A stretch of DNA of 62,884 nt, filler included, from Porpidia crustulata (GCA_964255105.1; 7 parts of 7 records of this genome joined end to end with filler, not necessarily neighbours in it), one strand, 5' to 3'. Shown: positions 13,401 to 26,865, counted from the whole stretch's first letter. The notes: generated by a model not told the origin, from the letters alone. Numbers and translations: made by a program.

Positions 13401-13896
13401 AAACAGCCCACATATAACCACAGCCATCCACATACCATTTCACATCATTCCCAGTTCTTTGCGCTGCAAAACTGCCATAGCGATGCTGGTTCTCATCATG
13501 CATACCATCGCTGCATAAGGCTCCGGCATGAGTATGACTATGCGTGTCTACTCCTTGTCCAGCGAGTGACTGCTTAATTTCTGATCCAAGGTCATGAACG
13601 ACACCATGTAACTTGTCAAAGATAGAGGAAACAAGGCTAGTAGGTTGTTGGGTGCTATTACTTGACTGATTTGGGGGTAGCGGTTGAGCAGAGCTTTGCC
13701 CATACAACTGAGGCTGGGACTCAGAGGAGCTTGAAGTTGGCTTTTGGTATCTTCCCTTTAGCTTTCGGAAAGTATCTCCAACTATTCCTCGCTCGCCACC
13801 TTCATATTCTCTAACTTCATCGTCTCGCGCATCTGTTGGCGGGCTTGCTTGATGGAAGTCGCCGTACGCCAGCGGATCTTCCCTTTGTCCCGCCAT
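10466..13896 (-). CDS. Phospholipase D, fungal type with no PX/PH region visible; exons 13896-13356, 13309-13166, 13006-11199, 11152-10466
   Basis: Two HKD motifs (HHEKLCLID; HSK|VLIADD followed by GSANLNDRS), plus ILDWWLSPE, GGLDLCYGRWD and FVYIENQFF. Confidence 0.95.
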
Positions 13897-14390
13897 GATC
13901 TACGATACAAAGAGAAGTTAAATAATGTTTTATCACTGGCACAAGCCTGCCTTTATAATATTTCTACTTCTCAGATCTAAATAGTTCAGCTGCTGACATG
14001 CATAAGTCACGAAGCCACCCGCCCTGCCCGTCTTATTGGCCAGCATTGCTTCCAGCGAGCCCTCTCTTCCAAGCTAACAAATACCACGCCCCCAAGCCGA
14101 ACTGAACGTCGGCTCACCTTAGGGACTGAAAGCTTGAGATAGCCAAGCTCGAAGACAAGGGGGTTAAATACAACGAAGAAATATCTATAATGACAGGGAT
14201 CTAAAGGAGGTTAGTAGCGGCCTTGGCAGACGACGTTCGATCATTTTCAATGACGTATGAGGGGCATTTCTCCAACCCCCCCTTTCCCCCACAAGTCCAG
14301 ACTCTAATGAACAATCGCGTAGAATTTTTACTTAATATCTCCGCGAATCCGATTGATGATGGCTACACCATCAATATCGTATAAAGAGCA

Positions 14391-15084
14391 ATGGCATCCC
14401 TCACCTTTCGATCCATTCTAAGAACTTCCCCTCATATACTACGTTCCAATTACCATCACATACCCGTTAGAGTAGCAGCAACCCACATCGCCAGAATGTC
14501 GAACATCTCTACCCTGGACGTCAGTTATTTAATCTTCTCAGAAAGTCCCACAACTAATATGCAAGCAGAGTTCCCTCGCACCCCGCCTTCCCATTCAGTC
14601 CGCAACTCTCTTCGAGGCAAAGGCAGCCAAGAAGCTCACCTTCGAACAAATCGCCAAAGAGCTCGGACGGGAGGAAGTAGCTGTTGCTGCCATATTTTAC
14701 GGCCAGGCACAGACCAACGCACAAGATATTGAAAAGCTATCGTCGATTCTTGGACTGGAAAATGGCAAACTAGAGTCCCAACTCGCAGGATTCCCATTCC
14801 GTGGCCACACCATGGATATGCCACCAAAAGAGCCGTTGATATACAGATTGTACGAGATTGTACAGAACTACGGATATGCGTATAAGGCTATCTTGAATGA
14901 GAAATTCGGAGATGGCATTATGAGCGCCATCGCGTTCTCTACTAAGGTCGAGAAGGAGACAGACAAGGATGGGAACAACTGGGCTGTCATCACCCTCAGG
15001 GGAAAGTGGTAAGTTTGGTGAAAATAGACCCAGTGAATGACTTTAAGCTGACAGAAGTAAAGGTTACCTTTTACGCGTTTCTAG
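14391..15084 (+). CDS. CYN1: Cyanate hydratase (cyanase); exons 14391 (or 14496)-14519, 14569-15008, 15063-15084
   Basis: [39 protein letters not shown]...LRGKWLPF is the cyanase signature. N-terminal HTH-like [25 protein letters not shown]. Confidence 0.96.
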
Positions 15085-15678
15085 TTCTCTGCGTTTTGAC
15101 TCTACACGTCTAGTAGACCAAGCAAACAGCAAATGATATTAAGGGCACAATTTCGGGCCATGAAGAAATTTGATCATCATGAAAATTGTAATAGTTTCCT
15201 GTGATATACGTCAACACAACGATCTGAACGGAAGATTTTTATCAATGGCATGAAGTGCATGCGTGCCCAACGCAATAATTCACATTCGCTTCGACTTTGC
15301 TCAGCTTCACCACAGAATATCTTGTGATAATTATTTCCCTTTGCGTTGAAACCTTTGTTTATCTTTGGTGCATCACTTTCAAACCCTGCATATCACGCGT
15401 TCTTTCTTATTGAATAATACACTTGTCGCGTTGAACAATTCCTTTGTACACTTCACCCTCAATATCTATACGAAGCATGGACCTCATGTCAACTCTTCTT
15501 CGGAACCTGTACACGCAATTCGCTTTATCTGCACAGACACAAAAAATCGGAGGCAATATCTTCAACGACTGCAACCCAAGTTGATGTAAATTGTACCCTG
15601 CTTCCATACCCCAAGTAGGTTATCCATTTAAACGCTACCAAGCAAAGCCAGCCCTCCTGCTAAGATCAGCTCAGAAGA

Positions 15679-16125
15679 ATGGGCCAAAAACCATCCAAGC
15701 GACTCTCTAACAGCTCCACCACACCCCTCAACCCCAACACTAATTTCGATAGCCCAGAAGACAGCATCACCCGACCAGCACCACCGCCCATCATCTACCG
15801 CCTATCCGAGCTCTTTGACCCGGTTGAACTTATTCGAGAAGAAAGCCGAGCATTTACGCACATCCCGCCCAGTTTTCCCGCTGCAAGCTACGAGCCAAGA
15901 CGGCCAATCGTCCAGTCACCATCGGGGCAAATGCTAGATGCAGAAGGATATGCGGGACATCATAATCGGCCGCTGTCGCTGCGGGAAAGGCAGGAGGAGA
16001 TCTTGAGGAGGACTATGGCGGCGCTCGAGAGGACAGAGGAGGAAGCGGAGGCGCCTAGTGAGCAGGCGAAGAAGAAGAGGGATCGTGGTGGTTGTTTCGC
16101 TTGTTTGAACTCTAGGAGTGTATGA
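15679..16125 (+). CDS. Hypothetical 148-aa protein with putative N-myristoylation motif and a basic/Cys C-terminus
   Basis: Single ORF starting MGQKPSK and ending KKKRDRGGCFACLNSRSV, with internal RPLSLRERQEEI. No family recognised. Confidence 0.6.
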   Translation: MGQKPSKRLSNSSTTPLNPNTNFDSPEDSITRPAPPPIIYRLSELFDPVELIREESRAFTHIPPSFPAASYEPRRPIVQSPSGQMLDAEGYAGHHNRPLSLRERQEEILRRTMAALERTEEEAEAPSEQAKKKRDRGGCFACLNSRSV

Positions 16126-16763
16126 ACGGCTGTTGTCGATGTTGCTAGGTATTGAGAGAGAGGCGCAGGATGGGAGGGTATTGAAGTTGCTGGAATAGTC
16201 CAGGAGTTTCATTGTCAAAATGTTGTTCGGGAAAGTCTAGTAGGTACGGTCACCGAGTTCTTTCTATCGAAACTCTTCTCCATTTCTCAAAAAGTTAACC
16301 ATTACATATCTTTTATGTCAACCTCTCCAGAGTAAAGCTTTCTGATTTGTCTACTTCTTCGTATTCGAAACCTGTAAGTCTGTGATACATAAACAGATTC
16401 ATCAGTCGTTCTTAAAGAAGATAGCAACACTAAAGCGATGCAACCCCGTAAGTGAGAGGGTTCCATAAAGAAAGATATAGCGGCCAAGTAAATCTAAGGA
16501 AGGTAAATCAATTCAATTATTTCCCATCTCGGAAGTCAGGCCCCGGTGAAGATACCAACACTCTCCACCTTCAAGAATCTTTCATTCACCATTTTCCATA
16601 TCTCACTTCCGATAATTTCCTAAACATCACTTCCTGTCGTACCCAGCTCAACTTCAACATCGACAACTCGAAGCATTGAGGAATATTGTCTCTTAATTTT
16701 GATGTCTTTACATATCCAATAGTTTCCACACGCTGTTCCAGCAACCTCAGAGAATCTAGCAAC

Positions 16764-17904
16764 ATGTCTTGGGATTTGACACCACCAGCCCGTGCCCGCG
16801 GCCCAATACCAGCAGCTCTCCGCGGTCCTGCCATCACTGCAAGAGACCAAGCCCTCATTGCCGAACATCGAGCCCACCAGTCTTCATCGTCTGCTCGCCC
16901 TGGGCCATGTTCGTCTGCTCCTTACAGCAAAGCATTTCCTTGTCCTTTTCCAAACTGTAGCCGTACATTCAGTGAGGCCAAGGGTCTAAAGACGCACAAG
17001 TTTGCCGAACATGACTACTGCAAGATTTGCGACCTCGACTTCGAAGATGACGACGCGCTGCATGCCCACAAGATGCACAGTGAGAAGCACATTACGTGTC
17101 CCTTGTGCAGTATCGATTTTCAGAGCGAATCTGGTCGTGATCGTCACTTCAAGCAGGTACGATTCAAGCCTTCCAAGCTCTCCCATTCCAACTGACATTT
17201 TATCAGATGCACATCATGCAACAAAACATCAAGTGCAGAGGTTGCCAAGAAGTTTTCCCTCGCGGCGGCGGGCTGATGATGCATCTTGAGACAAACGCCT
17301 GCAAAGCCAGTGGTTTCAACAACCCCACGCTCCAGCAGAACCGAGCCATGATGGAAATCCATATGGACGGCATGACGAAGCTGATGACCGAAGATCCCGA
17401 GGCCGTGGTTCCTTCCATTGGAATGTCCACTGCTGGAGAGTCCGCCGACGGCGGGGTGTTGCTTGAAGATTTGCTCAACGACGAAGAAGAACAGCAAACC
17501 CAATTGGACTCGGTCCATCCAACCCTGGCCATGGAACCTCGTCGATACCACTACGATTCCGATGACGAATCCATCACGACCGAGACTATGGGTGGTGCTC
17601 CGTCCGAGAGCAACGCTGCTTCGTCGGTGTGGCCATTGCTCCCTAGAGAAAAGAAAGCCAAGGGCCCTGCAAACCTCACGAGCAAAATGGCAGCGATGGA
17701 CGTCAAAGATTCAGCATGGCAGACAAAGAAAAATCTGTTCCCCCGCACCACATTCACACCAGCGACAGAATTCCGTCCCGCAATCCCCCCAAGCACCCAA
17801 GATACCGCCAGCACAACCTCAGGCGTCCGCAATAACTTCCCAGCCCTCGACCTCCAAGTCCACCCCCTCGACAACCTCTACCACTGCCCCTTCCCCAACT
17901 GCTC
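16764..17904 (+). CDS. C2H2 zinc-finger protein; exons 16764-17156, 17207-17904; truncated by the contig end
   Basis: Successive fingers CPFPNC..HKFAEH, CKIC..HKMHSEKH, CPLC..HFKQMH and CRGC..HLE, plus a further CPFPNC before the GTAAGT donor at 17905. Confidence 0.85.
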
Positions 17905-17915
17905 GTAAGTAAAAC

Positions 17916-18015
17916 NNNNNNNNNNNNNNNNNNNNNNNNNNNNNNNNNNNNNNNNNNNNTTAATTAATTAANNNNNNNNNNNNNNNNNNNNNNNNNNNNN
18001 NNNNNNNNNNNNNNN
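17916..18015. other. Artificial contig spacer
   Basis: N44-TTAATTAATTAA-N44. Confidence 0.99.
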
Positions 18016-18070
18016 CTACGACAACAACAACAGCAACATCCACGACAACAACCACAACCACAACCACGAT
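18016..18070 (+). repeat. Low-complexity (CAA)n/(CAACCA)n tract at the contig start, possibly Gln/Pro-rich coding sequence
   Basis: acaacaacaacagcaac...acaaccacaaccacaaccac. Confidence 0.6.
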
Positions 18071-19155
18071 CACACCATAGCAACCCCTCCCAACCCCTTG
18101 CACAAACCCCAATTCATGAGCCGATCCAGGACACGGGAAAACAAGAGAATATGGCGTCATATCGGGCGTTTATGATGTTTCCATCCAAATGGAAACGGGA
18201 GATGCCGCGGAAAGCCATACACACATCCACGTTCTTCATCGTGCATGCATATACAGTCTACTTCTTGCTCGGATAATTAGCATGTGGGGGTAAAGATGAT
18301 GGGAGAACGGGGTGGTTCCGCGGAAACGGGAGGACGTGCTTGTCGTTCTGTGCTAGAAGTCGGTATATATACAGTGGGTTAGTCAAAATCGGAGCGTTTT
18401 GCATTTCGTGCATCTTGTGCTGGGTGGGGGGAAGGGATGAGTACATAGGCGTGCGAGCGAATGAATGTGTTTCTGCAAACACCACCCATTGTTGGATTTA
18501 GATAATTTGGTTTATTTTTTATTTTTCTGAAAAATCCCAGCATGTGTGATGTTGCCCGTCCATTTTGGACCAAAATCAAGACCAATATCAATGCCATATG
18601 GTGCAATCGCATGCCGCAGGGGTGCCTACGGGACGGGTACCTTTCCATTTCCCGATCGGGACATTGTACATATCGCTAGCTATGCTAGGGCCCACACGGG
18701 GTCTGCGGGGCATGCATCATGCATCTCCGGCTCTTTTTCACGACGATGCAGAAGATTTTTAGAATTCGCGATCAAAGGCTCGGAGAAACGCGACCGGAGT
18801 TCTTCTCCGGAAGACGACAAAAAAAGATCCAGATACTTCGTTCGTTGGGTGATGGTGGTAGCCATATATCTAAGTCTATCCATAACAAACCGATATAGAA
18901 CGCGAGGGATTTTCCCGTGCTTCTCCCCAAGATGGGCCCAGATGTATCCAAAACCTACCAAGCCCATGCGAGGGCGATCGCCGCAACTCCAAGGTCTTCC
19001 ACCACACCTCCTACAGAGTGGCGCCAAAACACCAATCGCTAAGATGACAGACCCCCCCCCGGCGGTAAATGTACTCATCATTATAACCCAGAATCGTAAA
19101 GATGGCGTACGTGGAAAAACAAGATGCGCGCTTCCAAATAATCGAGAACATGTCG

Positions 19156-21120
19156 TTACATCCCCAAATCGACGGCCCACGACATCAATGTCTGGCACCT
19201 CTTCTGCTGATCCGGCTCGACAGTCTGCATCGTCGTGCCGTTGCCCACGCCTCCAAATTTCTCCTCATTGCGGATGAGTAGTCTCTTCATGTCCCCACCA
19301 CCCGAATCCCACTCCTGCCACTCGGGGGTTCCGGGTAGCCGGTATGTATTCGGATCGTAGGATCTGATGAAGCTGAGCCAGTACCCTTGCATGAGCGGCA
19401 CCATGTTTCTGTTGTTGGTTTTGAGGCTAGGCACGCCGGCGGCCGGGTTGGCCCAAATGGCAGCTAACTCGGCGACGTGAGGAGTACCGAAGCCCTCCTT
19501 CTCCGCACCGGGGTCGGACACATTGTAGCGGAAGTTGTAGTTGCCTTTGATGTTACGCTGGAAGTAGATGCTGTTTAGGTGGAGCCCGGGGCAGATGTAG
19601 CGGAGCTCACCGTACGCGGCAGCGGCAGCGCGCCAATATTTTTCGGCGGGGGGAAACTGGATGGTCGGGAGATACATTTGATGGAGGGTGGTGGCCTGGG
19701 AGGAATTTAGATTAGGGAAATTGGAGTGGATGAAGTCGGTGAATTGGGTTGTATTGGCAGTGCGGCCTTTGGGAGTGAAGACGGTGCCTTCGTCGTTGGC
19801 GTCACCGTAGATTGCGGGAACATGGACGAAGGCTCCCGCTTCAAAGGAGCTGATGGTGTAGTCAGTAATGAAGTCATGGTCGAGGGTTGGATTGTATGGA
19901 AATAGGGGATTTAGAGCTCCCATAGGGAATCTGGTGTTGATGTTGAATTTTTGAAGAGTTCCGATGGGAAGGGCGCGAAGGCAGGCGAGGGTGTCTTTCT
20001 TGCCTGTATCCTTCTCTGTGCAATTAGTTCTCTTGATGAGATCGTCGTATTGGTATTGCGACTCTGATACTGTGCGTAATGCTCCAAACGATTGTGATTC
20101 GGCGGCGGTGGCATGAAACAGGCCATCGTCTCTGCCGCCATATGCTGCTAATTGCAATGTGACGGATGCAGCGCCTGCGCTGGAACCACCCATTACTACA
20201 TGTTTTGGATCTCCTCCAAACTAGCAAGCCGTCAGCGTGATCAAGGTTCAAATGCGTCAAGTCGCTTACCATGCTGATATATTTCTGAATCCACTGCAAC
20301 GCCTGCCTCTGATCTTTCAATCCATTGTTTAGACTACCATTTGCCTGCACTTCAGAGCTCGCTAGAAATCCGTAAGGGCCAACACGGTATCCCAACGTCA
20401 CAACCACAATGTTCATCCCTGACGCTGCCACAAGAACTCCTCCATTCAGATTGGGGTTTGAATTGGTGTTGAATCCGCCCCCTTGGATGTAAATGTAGAC
20501 GGGCAAATTGGAATCCGAAGTTGCGTTTGCAGGAGCATAGACGTCAAGGAAGAGGCAATCCTCGCTGTGCCCAGCTGGGATGGAGTCACTGGTAGCCACA
20601 GTCTCACGGGTACCCAGGCATTGAGGTCCATGCTGTATAACAATGTTAGTCGAGCACTGTTTGCAAACATAGCTACAGAACATACCTGATCCGCTTGAAG
20701 AATGGTATCGGTCCTTGGCGGAGCCTGCGGTGCTGAAAATCGCAGGTCTCCCACAGGCGGTGCAGCATACCGTATTCCCAGCCACTGATCAATACCTCCG
20801 CTGACTGTCTGTCCTTGGTACCTCGAGTATCCAAGGTCAACTAATCCTGGCGCTGTACTTTTATGATGTGACCCCAATGCCAATCCCAACCCGAGACCCA
20901 AAGAAAGCGCCAGAACGACTGCTATCGCGGCGATGCATATTACAATCGCCAATCGAGGTCGTTTCCGTATCCTCTGACGCAATGAGAGCCGAAAGTGTGA
21001 AGTGGGTAGTCCGTCGTGGAACTTGAGTAGACCACCGGTGCTGGACGCTGAACCCCCTTCGAAAGTCCTCTGTTCGTACTTGCCCTCGAACATTTTGGTT
21101 GCGGAGGGCCTCCGACGCAT
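19156..21120 (-). CDS. Type-B carboxylesterase/lipase with an N-terminal membrane anchor; exons 21120-20686, 20632-20270, 20220-19156
   Basis: WLGIRYAAPPVGDLRF, SEDCLFLDVY, QGGGF oxyanion hole, NNGLKDQRQALQWIQ, FGGDP, GSSAG nucleophile and GTPHVAE His. Hydrophobic LAIVICIAAIAVVLALSLGLGLGL follows a basic patch. Confidence 0.92.
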
Positions 21121-22353
21121 TTAACGAGTGTAGCAGGCCGTCTAGACCAGAGAACGTCGAAGCTATCTGTTGAGCTGACAATTTATAGTGTATATAACAC
21201 TGCTGAAAAAGATATATGCCTAAGATGAGGTTGTGGGTTATATCGATATCGAGAAGGATATATCAAGCTTAAGGACTCCCACCGCAGCCCCTCCACCATT
21301 CACACCTCCCCGAAGACAGACTTGTACGTGACTAACCAGTAGTTCGTGATGCAATAAATGAAATGGAGAAACGGAAAAGAAAATAAAGAGAAAAATGGGC
21401 TGGAAGAGTGCTTTGTTGCAACCACTTCATTGGGTGGGTGTCGGCGAAAAGATGGCGCGATCGGTGGACTGAAAAGGGTGGCCTCAACCTCCGCGTAGCT
21501 TGCCTTATCCTAAACACCACTTAGAATGGACAATAGACGCACGCTGCGCCAAGCAATCTCCACTGATTAAGTAAGGTGAGCAGCACAATTTCACCCCAAA
21601 ACGCTTAGGCTGTAACAAAGTGCACAAAACTGGCTGCGGGAAATCTTCCGAATGTGCCTTAGCGTCAAGACCCTGCCGTGACAGAAAGGATCCGTTGAAG
21701 CGCTAGCCCAAAAGTGGGATGAGTTAGGGCTTGTGCTGACAGCCCGTTACCCTCACACGCCGTAATCCTCAGACTGGTGGACTGACGGAAAATATTTGAT
21801 GGGGTGGCGGAGTTGGTTAGGCGTACTGATTCTGAATTCTGAAGCATCTACGCCGCAACTTCCATACAATTACAATTGAAGTTACTTTCATATGTGCATT
21901 TAGGGCTTCGTGAAAAAACCTCATCAAAGCGCATTGTTTCGTTTATGTTTTTTGATCTTTGCTGTTAAGTCCCATCAATCCGTGGTACTTACTATGTGAG
22001 TAGAGAACGACCGAGCTAGATATCTACCGTCGACTTACGGACCGCAGTAAAGAACGGACGGACATATTTTATTTTCCCCCTTCTAAGACCAAGATTTGTG
22101 TTGGAGGCTTTTCGATTTCAGGCTTCCCATATCTCCTTTAGCCTTCAGCTGTGTTACCAGATCCTTGCACGTTTCCCTTCAGCCTCAGATAATGTTGATC
22201 TTAGGGCGCAGCGAAATGTTTCAAAATGAAGATGGCCTGGCTCCCTCGCGGCGTATAACACTCTGTGCCATAGATTTAATCACTAGTCAAATGATACCCA
22301 TTTACAAAGCTCATCCCATTGCCATGTGTACTAGTCTCGAGTCAGCTGGACCT

Positions 22354-23160
22354 TCAGGTAGAAGACTCCCTACATGTTCCCGGCATGGAAGCTCTTTCAC
22401 CTTCGCCCGATTGTGATGCTAGCATTATTATTCCAAAAAACGATCGGTCTTGCAAGTGCTTCCTCAGCCTTAATGATCTAAGGTATTTTATTTTTGCCTT
22501 CTGATGCAAGTCATAGAAATCAGCATAGATTGTTCTCCTAGAGTGTTTTCCTCCGCCATTCTGGCGATTGTCCACATGAACGTGCGTACTACCGTAGTGT
22601 TGATAGTTGAATCTTGATATGGAGCTACTGCTATTCGTCTTAGCTTTCTGTGATGTCCGGACAACGGCTCTCGAGCCCCGAACGTTGTAGATGAATCGAA
22701 ATTATCTCGTTCGGTCCAAAGGAGCATATTGGTGTATCCCCAGGGATATTTTGTTGGATTCTCGAGATGAGTAGTGACCAAACGATGGTAGTCAACGGTG
22801 AGGCGTTGATTAGGCTCGCATCGCGTACAACGCTCGGATCACAAACGTCGTAGATTTGTGGGATAGAAGCGACCGAGCCGATGATATCTTACGGAATAAC
22901 ATGAATGGTTCAAAAGACTTTGTTTGATTTGATAATTAATGGGGAGTCTTGATGAGCATTTCATGATTGATTTATTGCCTTTGGTAAGATAGCTCTTCCA
23001 GACTAACAACATCTAATTTTGACATGTTCAAGCTAGCAATGGTACGCAGCAAGCGGCGAAAGGAAGAGATGCCGCGGCGCAATATTCAGTGACCGGAAAC
23101 CAGGATAGCGATGGTAGATTCAAGAATAGTAGGGCTATCGAGATTGCAAGGTATAAACAC
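22354..23160 (-). pseudogene. Possible frameshifted remnant of a secreted-protein gene
   Basis: Signal-peptide-like CLYLAISIALLFLNLPSLS lacks an ATG. Protein-like fragments in shifting frames follow (ORFs 22488-22781 and 22354-22575). Inference only. Confidence 0.3.
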
Positions 23161-24178
23161 TTTGCGTTGGAAAGGAGGAGACAAGGAAATCAATAGGTGA
23201 GGAGGGGATATTAAAGCTGCAGGCTTTCAATGTGAAAAGCCATCAAGTCTTTCGTAGGTGGGTGCAGTATATCTGATAATGTAGGTGAATGGTAGAAGCC
23301 GATGAAGGTGATTATGAAGATGAGAGAAGGCTTGGAGGAGTTGACTCAGGGTAGGAGATTGCGTAAACAGGTATTTTTCGCTCTAGGTAGGTAGACGGAT
23401 TAGAAGACAATTTCGAAACTATCCTTTACTTGTAATCGTGTTTGCTCCAGCATACGTATTGGGACCATGGAAGGGTCAACGAGATGTCGCCAGATAGGTC
23501 ATTGCTAATGGGAAGACGCGTAGATGCTTCTCTGCAGACTTCGAGACGCCTCATCAGACAGTCTGTGAGTTCAGTGTCAGTAAGATACCCTCGAGCCTCG
23601 AAGACCATTATCTTGTCAACGAATGACGGACACAGTAAAATAAGGTATGACAGTGGAGTGAAGACTGGTAGGAACTTTGCAGAAGTGGAGAAGTTTCTAT
23701 AATTACTTTCACGTCCTACGCCGTACCAAGCCTAGTGTGACACATAGATCTGCTGATTAGATTTCTATGCGAAATGCTGTCATCTATCATGCGGTGTATT
23801 GATTCGCTCAGTACATCTTTCCAGTGTCATCTTGTTCATAAATCATTGATGTCTTGTGATCCTTAATTGAGCGCTTGTGTATAAATATCATGAAACCTTG
23901 TGTTCGCGACCTCTTGCGCCTGCCGAATGGCGGGCGGGGTTGGTTTCGTCCTATTCATCCTTGAGGATTCACGGTTAAGTCCTTTGTTTCCACTACCTAT
24001 CTTTATCATTACCCTCTTACTCAAACTTATATCTTACAGCTCGCATAACTCATCCTGCTCTTTCACTTGCTGGCTTCTTGATGGCTGTTGCTAGAATCTG
24101 AGGAACTGCGTTATTATCAAATTTTCGACCCCAGGCGTGGTCGCTCTCTAGAATCATCGGCCATTCGTATCAGACGCC

Positions 24179-26865
24179 ATGGTTGTAACATCTGAAGCCA
24201 TGGAACCGGCTTTTGGGGAGGAGAAGGAGCAATCCTCCGAGTCTGATGACAACAGATCGAGGAAAATACCAAAATGGCATAGATTTTTTGGTAGCCATCA
24301 ATCCAGACTCTCCAGCTCCGGCGTATCTTCGGATGAGGTCGGCAAAATCATAAAGAGGCCTGAGAAATGGAGTCTGGGAGTTCTGAACGACCAGGAGACA
24401 GAAGAAGTGCCAGGTACGTGATTCGACTATGAACAAGCCTGTGTTCGTAGTCTATCCAACTCTAGTTGACTATCGGTCGCTCTCATGCCACTATCGTACC
24501 GCCTGTGTATGGTGACATCCAAGACTAAAGATCTGCGCTAACCTGGCTGGGATCTCAGGTTCTGTTATACTCATGTCCAATACGAATCGCAACGAGCCAT
24601 TAGGTCTGCGGATTGCACCAGCTAGAACCTCCGCTTCCTCCTTACCTTCGCCCTTTCCACCAGGCACCCGACCGCCAACCATAAGACGCACATCAGGTCG
24701 CTCGGTGCAGGAAAAGAAGAAAACGGCAGACGGAGCGATGATCCTAGATCCTCAACCTGATGACTCGATGAATGACCCCCTCAATTGGCCCTCCTGGAGG
24801 CGAGATGTTGCCCTGCTGTCACTTGGCTTTTATTGTATGCTTGGAGGCGGCATGACGCCTGTATTAGCTGCTGGGTTTTCGAATGTTGCTTCTACGTATC
24901 AAGTTTCCATCCCACAAGTTGCGCTCACCACTGGATTTTACATGATGGGCCTCGGCCTGGGTTCTGTCGTTGCGTCACCAACTGCGATTTTGTTTGGGAA
25001 ACGCCCGGTATATCTTGTGTGTATCCTCTTGTTTATCCTTAGCTCGATCTGGTGTGCCTTGTCGCCCAACTATCCTTCCTTAGTGGTTGCCAGAATCTTC
25101 ATGGGCATGGCAGTGAGTCCCTGCGAGTGTCTCCCGTCTGCGACTATCGCAGAAATCTTTTTCTTGCATGAGCGCGCATACCGCTTAGGAGTGTACACAC
25201 TACTTCTCTTGAGTGGGAAAAATTTGATACCCCTGATCAGTGCAGCGATTATCCAAGGTCTTGACTGGCAATGGGTCTTCTGGTAATCATCATCTAATCT
25301 AAATATCGTGCTATACTAACGAAAGCAGGATTGTTGCCATAGTCGTTGGTTTTTGTTTTGTTCTAATGTATCTTTTCGTGCCCGAGACATTTTGGGACAG
25401 GACCCCACGTCCCCATATGAAGAGTAAGAATGCCGCCCGAACGTCACTATCTGCTATATTCCATCATCCACCGCACGAGAAGACTGGTGTAGATCCCACA
25501 GGTGTGGATGGGGCTTCAGATATGAGGAAATTGGCAATTGGAAATGCTCAATCTGCGACGGGCGTGGGTCATCCAACCATTGCAGAAAGGCGTCAAAGAA
25601 AGGAATCTCACCACGTTGGGTTCGCCGATAATACAATGGCTACACAGGAGGAACAATCAACAGACAGTGCGACTAGGTCTGGGAACAGAGAGGAGTCTCA
25701 TACTGATAAGTTGGGCCCTGAGGATTTACCTTTTGATGGGAGTGTTACAAGCCTGGCGACTGCGCGAGACGCAAACCATCCCGAGGGATCACATCGTGCC
25801 GCCGAGGTTGAAAATCCTGCAAGCATGCAAATACCTTGCACACCGAAATCGCCAGCGAGTCACTCTTTTGCCGACCATGTGTTACCCAAAGGCGAGGGCC
25901 CAGTAACGCCAGGTCTTCGTAATTTCAATTCGCCTTTCTATCTTAGCAAAGAAGCACTAGGGACTGATTATATGACCAACAAGCATGAGCCCCTTCAACA
26001 GGACTTGACACGCCTACAATCTGCCGCTTCGGATCCGACCACCCCCACTCAGAGCGAGAAATCCACATTGCCAGCACACCTACATTATACAACGCATCTC
26101 CGAACCGTCCCTGCGAAATCTTTTGCCGAAACTTTGAAACCTTGGAACGGCAGGCTTCGCAACGAAAACTGGTTCTTAGTTGCCTTGCGTCCGTTCATAC
26201 TCTTCGCATACCCCTCCATCCTATGGAGTGCCCTCGTATACTCCCTCAGTATCGGCTGGCTCATCGTCCTCTCCGAATCCGTCTCCACCATCTACCGCAC
26301 GCGCGAAACCTACAGCTTCTCCGCCCTCGGCGCCGGCCTCGTCTACATCTCCCCTTTCATCGGCGGCATCCTCGGCACCGCCGTCGCCGGCAAAGTCAGC
26401 GACCTGATCGTCCGTTACATGAGCCGGCGCAACGGCGGCGTCTACGAGCCCGAGTTCCGCCTCGTCATGGCCGTCCCCATCACCCTGACCACCTGCATCG
26501 GCCTCATGGGCTACGGCTGGAGCGCGGCGGAAAAAGACCGCTGGATCGTTCCCACCGTCTTCTTCGGCCTCATCAGCTTCGGCTGCTCGCTCGGCAGCAC
26601 CACGGCTATCACATTCGCCGTCGATAGCTACCGGCAGTACGCGGGCGAGGCGCTCGTGACGCTGAATTTCGCAAAGAACATCTTCCACGGTCTGGTGTTT
26701 TCGCTGTTTTTTAACCGTTGGCTTGAGGCGGACGGCGCGAAGAGGGTGTTTTTGGCCATCGGAGGCATTCAGTTTGCGTGTTTGGTGACGACGGTGCCGA
26801 TGTATGTGTATGGGAAGAGGGCAAGGATGTGGACGGTGAGGCGGAATTTCATGGAGAAGTTTTAG
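24179..26865 (+). CDS. MFS transporter (Hol1-like) with a long central hydrophilic loop; exons 24179-24413, 24559-25282, 25329-26865
   Basis: WSLGVLND.ETEEVPG|SV, PQPDDSMNDPLNWP, ILFGKRPVY, EIFFLHERAYRLG, VPETFWDR, YEPEFRL and YVYGKRARMW, with two bundles of TM segments. Confidence 0.92.

Noticed and set aside
18546..19277. 243-aa plus-strand ORF and overlapping 172-aa minus-strand ORF
   Set aside because: No recognisable domain, atypical composition and overlap with the carboxylesterase 3' end. Treated as spurious.
21630..21850. GCGGGAAATC and AATCCTCAG resembling group I intron P/Q or RNase P CR-I elements
   Set aside because: No R/S elements or CR-V were found and there is no rRNA context, so chance similarity is likely.
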